From Okeania sp. SIO3B5 (GTDB taxonomy: Bacteria > Cyanobacteriota > Cyanobacteriia > Cyanobacteriales > Microcoleaceae): a stretch of 24,000 nucleotides of DNA. The notes under the pieces are model-generated. The model was given only the letters and a program-made list of their open reading frames with translations. It was not told where the DNA came from and searched no databases. The position numbers were made by a program, and so were the translations under genes. The stretch's first letter is position 1, and the number at the start of each line of letters is the position of its first letter. The stretch spans positions 44,024-68,023 of the forward strand of contig NZ_JAAHHG010000001.1 of assembly GCF_010692555.1 (NCBI RefSeq). Direction: 5' to 3'. Shown piece after piece: positions 8,126 through 15,909 of the stretch.

Positions 8126-9397
8126 TCAAGCAATTATGTATTCGTACTTGATGGAAGTAAAAAACCCCTAACACCATGCAAACCAGCCATGGCAAGGTCA
8201 TTGTTAAAAGCTGGCAAAGCCAAAGTTTTCAAGCGCTATCCATTCACAATAATTCTGAATAAATTAGTAGACGAAGAAAATCAAGGTTTGCAATTAAAAA
8301 TTGACCCTGGTTCCAAACAAACAGGCTTTGCCTTGGTAACACAAAGTGAAGAAGTTATCTTTGCAATGGTTTTAATCCATCGTGGCCAGCAAATCAAAAA
8401 TGCTTTGGAGCGACGACGAACTCTTCGCCGAGGTCGTCGTTACCGAAAAACTCGCTACCGTAAGTGTAGATTTTTCAATCGCAAACGAAAAAAAGGATGG
8501 CTGCCACCAAGTTTAAGGCATCGGGTTTTGACTGTAGAAACCTGGGTTAATAGACTGTCTAAACTAAGTCCGGTAAGTAGTTTGGCTATTGAATTGGTCA
8601 AGTTTGACACCCAGAAAATACAGAACCCAGAAATTTCAGGGGTTGAGTATCAAAAAGGGGAACTGTTTGGTTATGATGTCCGGGAATATCTACTAGAAAA
8701 GTGGGGTCGCTCATGTGCTTATTGCGGGGCAACAGATACTCCTTTAGAAATTGAACATATCGTTCCACGATCAAAGGGTGGTAGTAATAGGGTATCTAAT
8801 TTAGCCATAGCTTGTCATCAATGCAACCAAAATAAGGGCGCTATGGATATTCGGGAATTTCTCGAAAATAAACCGTCTGTACTAACTCGGGTTCTAAAGG
8901 TTGCCAAAACGCCGTTAAAAGATGCTGCTGCGGTGAACTCAACTCGCACATCTATTTTTGAAACTTTAAAAGCAAAAGGTTTACCTATGATTACTGGTAG
9001 TGGTGCTGGTACTAAATACAACCGTCGTCAATTGAATTTGCCAAAGGAACACTGGATAGATGCTGCTTGTATTGGTGAAGTTGAAAAGTTAACAATACTT
9101 ACGAATCAACCCCTAGTCGCCACAGCAATGGGACATGGTTGCCGACAAATGGTTCAAATGGATAAATACGGTTTTCCACGAAAAGGTTACAAAGCAAAAA
9201 AACCTGTACCAGGTTGGAAAACAGGGGATATTATCAATGTCGTCAAAGGCAAAAATGCTGGGTTAAAAGGAGTCAGGATTAAAACGGTGAGAACCAAAGG
9301 CAATTTTGATATCCGAGACGGGGATAAAATTTTGTCTGTATCTCGAAATCATATCCAACCTGTCCATAGACGAGATGGATACAATTACTCGTTTTAA
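8117..9397 (+). CDS. iscB: IscB RNA-guided nuclease (OMEGA system; RuvC with inserted HNH, a Cas9-ancestor family)
   Basis: 426 aa. PLMP-like KKPLTPCKP (res 15-23). RuvC-I LKIDPGSKQTGFA (D63). Arg-rich bridge helix RRRTLRRGRRYRKTRYRKCRFFNRKRKK. RuvC-II LAIELVKFD (E159). HNH CAYCG..EIEHIVPRSKGGSNRVSNLAIACHQCNQNKG. RuvC-III EHWIDAACIG (H312, D315). SD AGGAGG lies 9 nt before the ATG. Confidence 0.88.
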   Translation: MSNSSNYVFVLDGSKKPLTPCKPAMARSLLKAGKAKVFKRYPFTIILNKLVDEENQGLQLKIDPGSKQTGFALVTQSEEVIFAMVLIHRGQQIKNALERRRTLRRGRRYRKTRYRKCRFFNRKRKKGWLPPSLRHRVLTVETWVNRLSKLSPVSSLAIELVKFDTQKIQNPEISGVEYQKGELFGYDVREYLLEKWGRSCAYCGATDTPLEIEHIVPRSKGGSNRVSNLAIACHQCNQNKGAMDIREFLENKPSVLTRVLKVAKTPLKDAAAVNSTRTSIFETLKAKGLPMITGSGAGTKYNRRQLNLPKEHWIDAACIGEVEKLTILTNQPLVATAMGHGCRQMVQMDKYGFPRKGYKAKKPVPGWKTGDIINVVKGKNAGLKGVRIKTVRTKGNFDIRDGDKILSVSRNHIQPVHRRDGYNYSF

Positions 9398-9404
9398 GTA
9401 TATT

Positions 9405-9647
9405 TTTTCTAAGAGCAATATAAGAAATATTTTCATCTTGTGAAGCTTCTATAAATAGTTGTTTCTCTCTGATTAAATCTTTCGATTCATCCCTCCTACG
9501 TTGAAAACCACAAATCTTTTCATTCTCTGAAGCTCATGAAAAAAATCGCCGCGCCAAAAGATTTTCAGTTCTATCCTCGCAATTTTTATGATATAGTAAG
9601 TACTATAAGGTATCTTTCGCCTATGCACATGACTTTTTATTCAACTA
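9405..9647 (+). repeat. Direct repeat 'A-prime' (243 bp) starting 8 nt after the iscB stop
   Basis: Colinear homologue of 7595-7835, ending with the identical 20-mer (9628-9647), which is followed by GAGATAGT. Confidence 0.85.
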
Positions 9648-9836
9648 GAGATAGTATAGTTTTGAGGGCGATCGCTTTTTCAGTTATCAGCTTTCAAGTT
9701 AAATTGTTGATATTTTAAGGATGAAATATTAGAGAGCGATCGCTTTTTCCAGATAGTAGAAAAGTAGAAAATCAGCTAAATAAAACAATATATTCATAGA
9801 AATAATTGTGGCTTCCCGATTTTTATGTATGGCTCC

Positions 9837-11003
9837 TTAGAGTTTAAAATTCTTGAAAGGATTAGTAATTTTACGCTCTATGTTTTTTGCATAAATCCTT
9901 GAATAAATCCATAGAATTAAGGAAATAGTTGATATTACTGCCCAAATTAACAAGGAAATTTTCCAAGAGAAATAAAAATAATATACTAATTGCCAATAAA
10001 GTAACAATATAATTACAATAAATTTGCATATTCTTAAATTAACTTTAGGATACAAAAACATAGAAATAAAGAATACTACCAAAATTCCTATAAAAGTGTA
10101 CATTCCACTAATTAAAACAATATTGACTGGAGAATAAATGTCATAGTCATTCATAGAATAGAAAAGTTTTTTTGCATATATAAAACTAATACAAAAAGAT
10201 ATAGTTATTACTATATATCCTGCTATATTTCTGTCTAATTTTGAGAAATAAAATTTTATTAATGTAGGTGAAAAAAGCATCAAAATTATGAATAAAAATA
10301 AGAAAAAGAAAAACCTTATACACAATTTTAAAAAAAAGACAACTAAATTGGTATTATCAACAGATTCAATAAAAAAACCAAAGTGAATAACTGTCCCAAA
10401 TGTTTCCAATAAAATTAACATCCATATAATTTCTCTCCGAAATTTTAAATACAAATTTTCAGTATGATTATATTTAACATTTAGAAAAATATTACGCCAG
10501 TCATCCCGAGTTGGAGTGCGGTATTTTATGAGATGATAAAGCAAGGAACATTGTAACTCTATATCCAAAGTTTCAAATAAAGATTGCCATTTTTGACTAA
10601 GATTAATTTCAATAAATGCTTGTTTTATCTCATTAACATATTTCTGTTTTAGTTTTGATGTTTCTGATAGTTGCGATAGTTCTAGCAGTTTTAGTTCTAG
10701 TTTTAGTTCTAGTTCTTGTTCTAATTCTGATGCAAATACTTCTGCTATTTTTAGATCACTACCGAATTCTTTTTCTTTGAGAAGCTTTTTTAACTGTAAA
10801 AAATCTTTTTTATCAAACAATTCTATAGCACACAAAGGAATTACTATTCTTGGATCTATCTTACGTTGAGAAATTTCTTCAGGAGTACATTTATCAGAAA
10901 TTAACCAAGCTACTTTTGCCATAGCTTCTCTTTCTGATTTCGGAAAATGAACTGCTATCCATTCCCAATCTTTTAAATTAAATTCCTTATCAACTTCTGG
11001 CAT
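9837..11003 (-). CDS. Hypothetical protein: ~190-aa soluble N-terminal region with a coiled-coil segment, plus about 6 predicted TM helices
   Basis: 388-aa ORF. SD AGGAG lies 8 nt before the ATG, and the start is only 20 nt downstream of the NACHT gene stop, suggesting an operon. The C-terminal half is made of long hydrophobic segments (e.g. FFFFLFLFIILMLF, IVLISGMYTFIGILVVFFISMF). Very AT-rich. I recognise no family. Confidence 0.6.
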   Translation of the reverse strand: MPEVDKEFNLKDWEWIAVHFPKSEREAMAKVAWLISDKCTPEEISQRKIDPRIVIPLCAIELFDKKDFLQLKKLLKEKEFGSDLKIAEVFASELEQELELKLELKLLELSQLSETSKLKQKYVNEIKQAFIEINLSQKWQSLFETLDIELQCSLLYHLIKYRTPTRDDWRNIFLNVKYNHTENLYLKFRREIIWMLILLETFGTVIHFGFFIESVDNTNLVVFFLKLCIRFFFFLFLFIILMLFSPTLIKFYFSKLDRNIAGYIVITISFCISFIYAKKLFYSMNDYDIYSPVNIVLISGMYTFIGILVVFFISMFLYPKVNLRICKFIVIILLLYWQLVYYFYFSWKISLLIWAVISTISLILWIYSRIYAKNIERKITNPFKNFKL

Positions 11004-11023
11004 ATTTCCAACTCCTAGAAAAC

Positions 11024-13342
11024 CTAATTATTTAGACTCGTAAATTCTGCAATATTTAAAGCAGCTAACCTCTGAATATTTTCATCAGAATGATAGAGTA
11101 AATCATTTAAAGTTTCTCTCGAATAAGGAGTACCAATTTTCACTAAATCTCTCATTGCCATTTCCGAACCTTTCTCAGCTAAACCCTTCAATAAAGAAAC
11201 TGCAATATCTCCCATATTAATAAGTGCTAGACGAGCATCCACCAAATTAATATCCTCATAATACATAAATAAAATATCCGCCGCTTGTGGCAAATTTGTT
11301 TTAGATAAAGCCTTAACAGACGCCTGACGAACTTCCAGAGATTCAGAATAATTCAAAGCATTTTCTAGAAACTCAAAAACAACTTTTCCTCTACCTCTTT
11401 CGCGAACATCAGAAGCAACTGCTCCAAAAGCTCTAGCTAAATTTTCATCAGAATTTGCTTCTACCAATTTTTGCTTAAACTCTTCAATAATTCCCTCTGC
11501 CAAAATAGGAGAAACTTCTTGAGCATCTGCTAAACATTCAAAAGCTGTCAGAGAATCTTCCTGATAAATAACCTCTATTAAATTTGTACTATTCCCAGCA
11601 AAACCACACCAAAGTTTAATTGTTTCTCGCCAACGTTCCGGGTCATTTTTAAACCTTTCTATTAACTCATTTTCTTTATCTCTCAAAGCTGTTGCTGCAA
11701 AATATTCTTGCAAAGTTAAATGAGCAAACTGATATTTATCTCCCCTTTCAACTTCCAATAATAATCCACTACGCTCGACAATTTCTTTTAATATTGGTTG
11801 AGTATCTGTTTCAGGATTGAGATTCAGATCGGGTAAAACTTTTTGAATTTGTTCCAAGACAATTTGATAATCCAAACTCAAATCATTCTTTTGTTGTTTA
11901 CTAGCATTATCCTGAGCAAATAAAGCTAAATGTTGTAACACTCTCCGCTTATGAGCGCTCTCTTTATATTGATTAAAATTATTCTGCCATTGATTCAATA
12001 AAATATGAGTAGATTCTTGATAAAAATCTGACCGAGACTGAGGTAAAACAAAAGCAGGTTGAGTATAAAGATGAGCAACAATAGTCAACATTAAAGGATT
12101 TCTAGCTAACTCCATAATTAACGGTCTATCCCTCAAAGTTTGTATGAGTTGATCGATAGATTTTTCCGGTGGCATTTCAGATTTCCATGCTTCTAAAAAA
12201 AGTCGCATTTGTCTGTCGCTAAATTCTTTAATATCTAAAGTTTTCTCCACCGACTCAGCAAAATCATTGCGATAAACTGCTGCCCGACAAGTAATAATTG
12301 CTCGACATTTATCGTACTTATCTAATAAATCATTAATAGCTTGTACAACTTGAGAGCGAATCAAACTTTTCACTTCATCTAATCCATCAAATAATAGAAA
12401 TAATTTTCCTTTTTCCAGACTTTGTTCGACAAAAGAATTAGCTTTAGGAAAATCATCCCTATCTAAAGCTTCTACTAATTTCTGTTTTAAGACTTCCATG
12501 TTTAGGGCAGAAATTTCCACTTCATTGAGGCGATATAACTCTAATAAAATCGGCACATATTCATTAGAGGAAGTTTTTAATTTTTCCCTCGCCCAAGAGA
12601 GAACAAGATATTTTAATAAAAGAGTTTTTCCAGCTCCAGGTTGCCCTTTAATAGCCAAGCGATTATATTTTTTAATCTCAGAAAAATTAATTGGTTCATT
12701 ATTAGCTTTTTCCAAGAATTGCAAATCCACATAAATTTCTTGCAGACTTAAAGGACGATTCGGACGAAAAGGAATTTTTAGTTGTTCGTGTTTATTAATT
12801 AGACCTTTTTTATAGCGCTTTAGAGAGAAATTCCAAAACAATTCAATACCAGAAATTTGATTGTATAACCAGTTGCCAATAGTCTTAATAAAATCAGTTC
12901 CCCAACCTTGTATAGCTTCCTTAAAAAGGAACAGAATAAAAAATGCTATAGCAGCAAACCAAGGCAACCCATAAAAGAAATCATCTTTTATTTTTTTCCA
13001 GAAATTACTATCTATTTCATCCTTGACTTTTTCGTATTCTACCTCGTAAATTTCAGTAATTTCTAGTTTAGTTAAACCAACAGAATTTTCACCATAAATT
13101 TCAATTATTAATTGACTATCCATTTTCTGCTCATTTTCAACATGACGTTTAGCAGATTCTTTAATTTTTTGAATGATAACTTCCCGACTTTTAATATTAG
13201 GTGTAGGTGTTTGAGTATAACTAGGTAATATCCAACTCCAAGACAATACAATAGTTAAAGTTAGTAGAAACAAACTAATCGAAACCAGTCGGTTAAATTT
13301 GTGTCGAAAAAGTTGAGTGTAAGATAAATTAGATTTAGGCAT
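11024..13342 (-). CDS. Membrane-anchored NACHT-family STAND NTPase with C-terminal HEAT-like repeats
   Basis: 772 aa. Two N-terminal TM segments (res ~19-41 and ~124-140). Pre-NACHT LQEIYVDLQF. Walker A GQPGAGKT (12623-12646). Walker B LFLLFDGLDEV. The C-terminus has HEAT/PBS-lyase-like repeats (EVRQASVKALSK..., ENIQRLAALNI). Confidence 0.8.
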   Translation of the reverse strand: MPKSNLSYTQLFRHKFNRLVSISLFLLTLTIVLSWSWILPSYTQTPTPNIKSREVIIQKIKESAKRHVENEQKMDSQLIIEIYGENSVGLTKLEITEIYEVEYEKVKDEIDSNFWKKIKDDFFYGLPWFAAIAFFILFLFKEAIQGWGTDFIKTIGNWLYNQISGIELFWNFSLKRYKKGLINKHEQLKIPFRPNRPLSLQEIYVDLQFLEKANNEPINFSEIKKYNRLAIKGQPGAGKTLLLKYLVLSWAREKLKTSSNEYVPILLELYRLNEVEISALNMEVLKQKLVEALDRDDFPKANSFVEQSLEKGKLFLLFDGLDEVKSLIRSQVVQAINDLLDKYDKCRAIITCRAAVYRNDFAESVEKTLDIKEFSDRQMRLFLEAWKSEMPPEKSIDQLIQTLRDRPLIMELARNPLMLTIVAHLYTQPAFVLPQSRSDFYQESTHILLNQWQNNFNQYKESAHKRRVLQHLALFAQDNASKQQKNDLSLDYQIVLEQIQKVLPDLNLNPETDTQPILKEIVERSGLLLEVERGDKYQFAHLTLQEYFAATALRDKENELIERFKNDPERWRETIKLWCGFAGNSTNLIEVIYQEDSLTAFECLADAQEVSPILAEGIIEEFKQKLVEANSDENLARAFGAVASDVRERGRGKVVFEFLENALNYSESLEVRQASVKALSKTNLPQAADILFMYYEDINLVDARLALINMGDIAVSLLKGLAEKGSEMAMRDLVKIGTPYSRETLNDLLYHSDENIQRLAALNIAEFTSLNN

Positions 13343-13546
13343 ATCAAGTTAAAGTTAGAAGTCAGAAGTTAGAATTCATAAATTAAATTCTTACTTTGTT
13401 ATTTTGATAAAACCAGAAAAAATATTTAACTAATAACTGATTAAAATACAAGGTTTTATACCCAATTATTTTGATAATAGATTTAAAAATTATCATTGTA
13501 GAAAATTTGTAGCAAAATGCCTAATATAAAACCAGGTTGAACAGTC

Positions 13547-13622
13547 GTCATTGCGACGATAGGAAGCAATCTCCACCCACCCCTGAGATTGCTTCCTTCC
13601 ACTCCGTTCCAGTCGCAATGAC
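13547..13622. repeat. GC-rich nested palindromic element (76 bp)
   Basis: Outer arms GTCATTGCGAC 13547-13557 / GTCGCAATGAC 13612-13622. Inner arms GGAAGCAATCTC 13562-13573 / GAGATTGCTTCC 13585-13596. The loop is CACCCACCCCT. Confidence 0.85.
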
Positions 13623-13742
13623 TTGAGTGTAGTAATTATCTGAATTTAATATAATATAAGTATTAGTATTCAACTCTTAGTTTTTAGCTTGCCTTCTAGA
13701 TCGGAACTGTGTTATCAACTAGATTATAATTACTAAAAAAAA

Positions 13743-13797
13743 GCTGAGAGCTGATAGCTGATAGCTGTTTGCGCAGCAGTCCGCAGGAAATGCTTAC
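13743..13797 (+). repeat. Short dispersed repeat ('S' family), copy 2
   Basis: GCTGAGAGCTGATAGCTGATAGCTGTTTGCGCAGCAGTCCGCAGGAAATGCTTAC aligns with 2184-2231 and abuts the stop codon of the Uma2-like gene. Confidence 0.6.
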
Positions 13798-14354
13798 TAA
13801 TCAAACACAGGAGGCCAAAGTTCAATAATAGGTAATTCCCACTCACCAAATAATTCAGGAATAGTCAAAATATCTCCATTTTTTAACTCAATTTCTTCAC
13901 CATTAGGACGATAAACTATAACTATTTCCTTGTCAGGATCTATCAATATTCCTACTTCCGCTCCCAATTCTAAATACTTCTTTATTTTCTTTTTTAAAGG
14001 TTTAATTCTGTCACTTTGAGACTTAATTTCTACTACTAAATCTGGCACCAACTCCCCAAAATAACGAACACTTTTTTTCAAACGTTGGGCACGAACAAAA
14101 GAAACATCAGGAACCTTTAAATTAGTATCCGGAAGAATAAAAGCACCACTAGAATCAAACAAACGTCCGAGACGACGTGGATTAACCCAAGCATAAAGAG
14201 AAGCTGCTAAACGAATGCCAATTTCACTAGAAATAATATCCGACGGACCCATGACTAATATTTTTCCTTCGTCTAATTCTAATTGATAATCTAAATCTAA
14301 TTTATCAAGAGTACCTTGCAATATTTCTAAGTCTTTAACTGTAAGATTTGACAT
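13797..14354 (-). CDS. Uma2-family (DUF820) putative endonuclease
   Basis: 185 aa with the family's PD-(D/E)xK-like layout: VPDVSFV, LVPDLVVEIKSQSD, KKIKKYLELGAEVGILIDPDKEIVIVY. From memory this family is highly expanded in cyanobacteria. Confidence 0.75.
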   Translation of the reverse strand: MSNLTVKDLEILQGTLDKLDLDYQLELDEGKILVMGPSDIISSEIGIRLAASLYAWVNPRRLGRLFDSSGAFILPDTNLKVPDVSFVRAQRLKKSVRYFGELVPDLVVEIKSQSDRIKPLKKKIKKYLELGAEVGILIDPDKEIVIVYRPNGEEIELKNGDILTIPELFGEWELPIIELWPPVFD

Positions 14355-14450
14355 ATAGTTTTAAGGAATTAAATAACATATAAAAGGGAACAGAGAAAAA
14401 GTCTCTATTCCCTACTAAAAATTATAATTGCTGATAGCTGAATGCTGAAT

Positions 14451-14972
14451 TTATCCAGCAATTCTCAATAATTCCACATCAAAAATCAGAGTAGCATTAG
14501 GAGGTATAACCCCACCAGCACCACTAGCGCCATACCCTAATTCTGGTGGAATAATAAACTTACGACGTTCACCAACTTTCATACTAGCGACCCCTTCATC
14601 CCAACCTTTAATAACTCGACCTACACCAACTGGAAATTGGAAAGGTTGATTGCGATCGCGAGAACTATCAAACTTAGAACCATCCGTTAAAGTTCCAGTA
14701 TAGTGAACCACAACTGTTTGACCTTTTTGAGGAGTAGCGCCATCTCCTTCTTTCAAGACCACATACTGAAGACCAGATTCAGTAGTAATAGTTTCTTCGT
14801 TATTTTCAGTCATAATATTTTCTGCCACTTGTTCTTGAACTTCAGTAGAATTTATAGTACTTTGTGTATTTTGAGAAGCAACTGCCCCTTTTTCCGAACC
14901 TGTGATTTGAGCAACAATCAAAACTAAACCACAGAATATTACTACTGCCAGACTAATAATAATTCCTCGCAA
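14451..14972 (-). CDS. FKBP-type peptidyl-prolyl cis-trans isomerase with an N-terminal membrane anchor or signal
   Basis: [80 protein letters not shown] is a canonical FKBP domain. It has a TTG start, supported by a strong SD (AGGAGG, 8-nt spacer). Confidence 0.9.
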   Translation of the reverse strand: MRGIIISLAVVIFCGLVLIVAQITGSEKGAVASQNTQSTINSTEVQEQVAENIMTENNEETITTESGLQYVVLKEGDGATPQKGQTVVVHYTGTLTDGSKFDSSRDRNQPFQFPVGVGRVIKGWDEGVASMKVGERRKFIIPPELGYGASGAGGVIPPNATLIFDVELLRIAG

Positions 14973-15333
14973 AATTAATCCTCCTAATTTAAGTTAAAAG
15001 TCAAAAATTCTCAGTTGAAGTTTAAATTATAACCACTATATTTTGCAGCTACACTAACGTCAGTTGTAATTTTTCCAATCTCGTAACTGACTTTATAAAC
15101 ACTCTAAACAACCTCCCATTTTCTCTAATTTGTATTTTTGAAAAAAAAATCAAACAGAAAAAACAGAACGTAACAACTGAAAAGTTAATAACTATAATAT
15201 TTGATACTAAAATCAATCTTCCATATAATTAAGTCAAAAACCAAAAATTAATATGAAAGTTTAACTTTAACTAAGATTCCAGATATTGTTAAATGACATA
15301 GCAGTCGTCAGGGAAGTTAGCACATTCTCACAC

Positions 15334-15506
15334 CTATCAAATTTAATCACTGCTGCAAATCTAAATTCTGAATTCTCAATTCTCAATTCTCAATTCTCAA
15401 TTCTCAATTCTCAATTCTAACTCACCCCTCTCAAACTTAATCACTGCTGCAAATCTAAATTCTGAATTCTCAATTCTCAATTCTCAATTCTAAATTCTAA
15501 ATTCAT
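15334..15506. repeat. Two tandem ~85-90-bp units, each TCAAAYTTAATCACTGCTGCAAATCTA plus an (AATTCTS)n heptamer array
   Basis: Heptamer arrays lie at 15364-15419 (8 units) and 15458-15506 (7 units). The second array runs right up to the stop codon of the 15507-15833 gene. Confidence 0.9.
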
Positions 15507-15833
15507 CTAACGCCAATTACGATTTTCTAAATCTCGGATCTGACGCTCCAAACGGTCCAAACGACCCCGGAGTTCGTCCAATTCCGATTGACGAGGAACA
15601 CCTATATCCTGCATGACATTCCGCATTTGTCGCTGCATCTGAGTTTCCCAGCTTCCTTGCTCTGACCTAAGTTGCTGCATTATATCATCAACAAAAGTTT
15701 TAGCTTGGTCTGGGTTGATAGTACCATCTTTAACCCATTGGTTAGTGACTTCCTGTATTTTTTCGGCCACTAGGGAAGTTGTACCAATGCCGATCATTAA
15801 AAGTTGTTTAAGTAGATTTTCAGTATTATTCAT
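15507..15833 (-). CDS. Phasin-family-like small coiled-coil protein (COG3937-like)
   Basis: 108 aa: LLMIGIGTTSLVAEKIQEVTNQWVKDG...PRQSELDELRGRLDRLERQIRDLE. The layout resembles phasin-like proteins. Call is from memory. Confidence 0.5.
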   Translation of the reverse strand: MNNTENLLKQLLMIGIGTTSLVAEKIQEVTNQWVKDGTINPDQAKTFVDDIMQQLRSEQGSWETQMQRQMRNVMQDIGVPRQSELDELRGRLDRLERQIRDLENRNWR

Positions 15834-15909
15834 ATTTTTTTCCTATTTCCATATTTTTAGGTATCAAGAAGCAACTAACTTAGAATTAAGCTACAAATTT
15901 AAACTGTAG

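Noticed and set aside
9648-9653. Treating the GAGATA match to NWRRNA as proof of a functional TAM or self-target
   Set aside because: This degenerate 6-mer pattern is expected by chance at about 1 in 32 or better in AT-rich DNA, and TAMs differ among IscB orthologues. It is kept only as a testable note under the flank-repeat finding.
9536-9718. 60-aa ORF inside repeat A'
   Set aside because: The homologous position in repeat A has ATA instead of ATG plus an indel, so the ORF is not conserved between the two copies. It is hydrophobic low-complexity sequence.
7500-9800. An IS200/IS605 TnpA (Y1 transposase) gene accompanying iscB, and likewise near both tnpB remnants
   Set aside because: No ORF of suitable size or with an HUH/Y1-like motif exists on either strand. 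The elements are treated as non-autonomous.
15334-15506. Possible CRISPR array (also considered for 20540-20630 and 16308-17200)
   Set aside because: The 'repeats' are contiguous 7-bp units or decayed duplications with no unique spacers of regular length. No cas genes are present, and IscB is not CRISPR-associated.
1494-15909. Other short antisense or overlapping ORFs (1494..1709, 6783..6971, 8016..8201, 8818..9021, 12498..12734, 14703..14927, 15715..15909)
   Set aside because: Each is embedded antisense or out of frame in a well-supported CDS, or in the omegaRNA-like leader. None has a recognisable motif.
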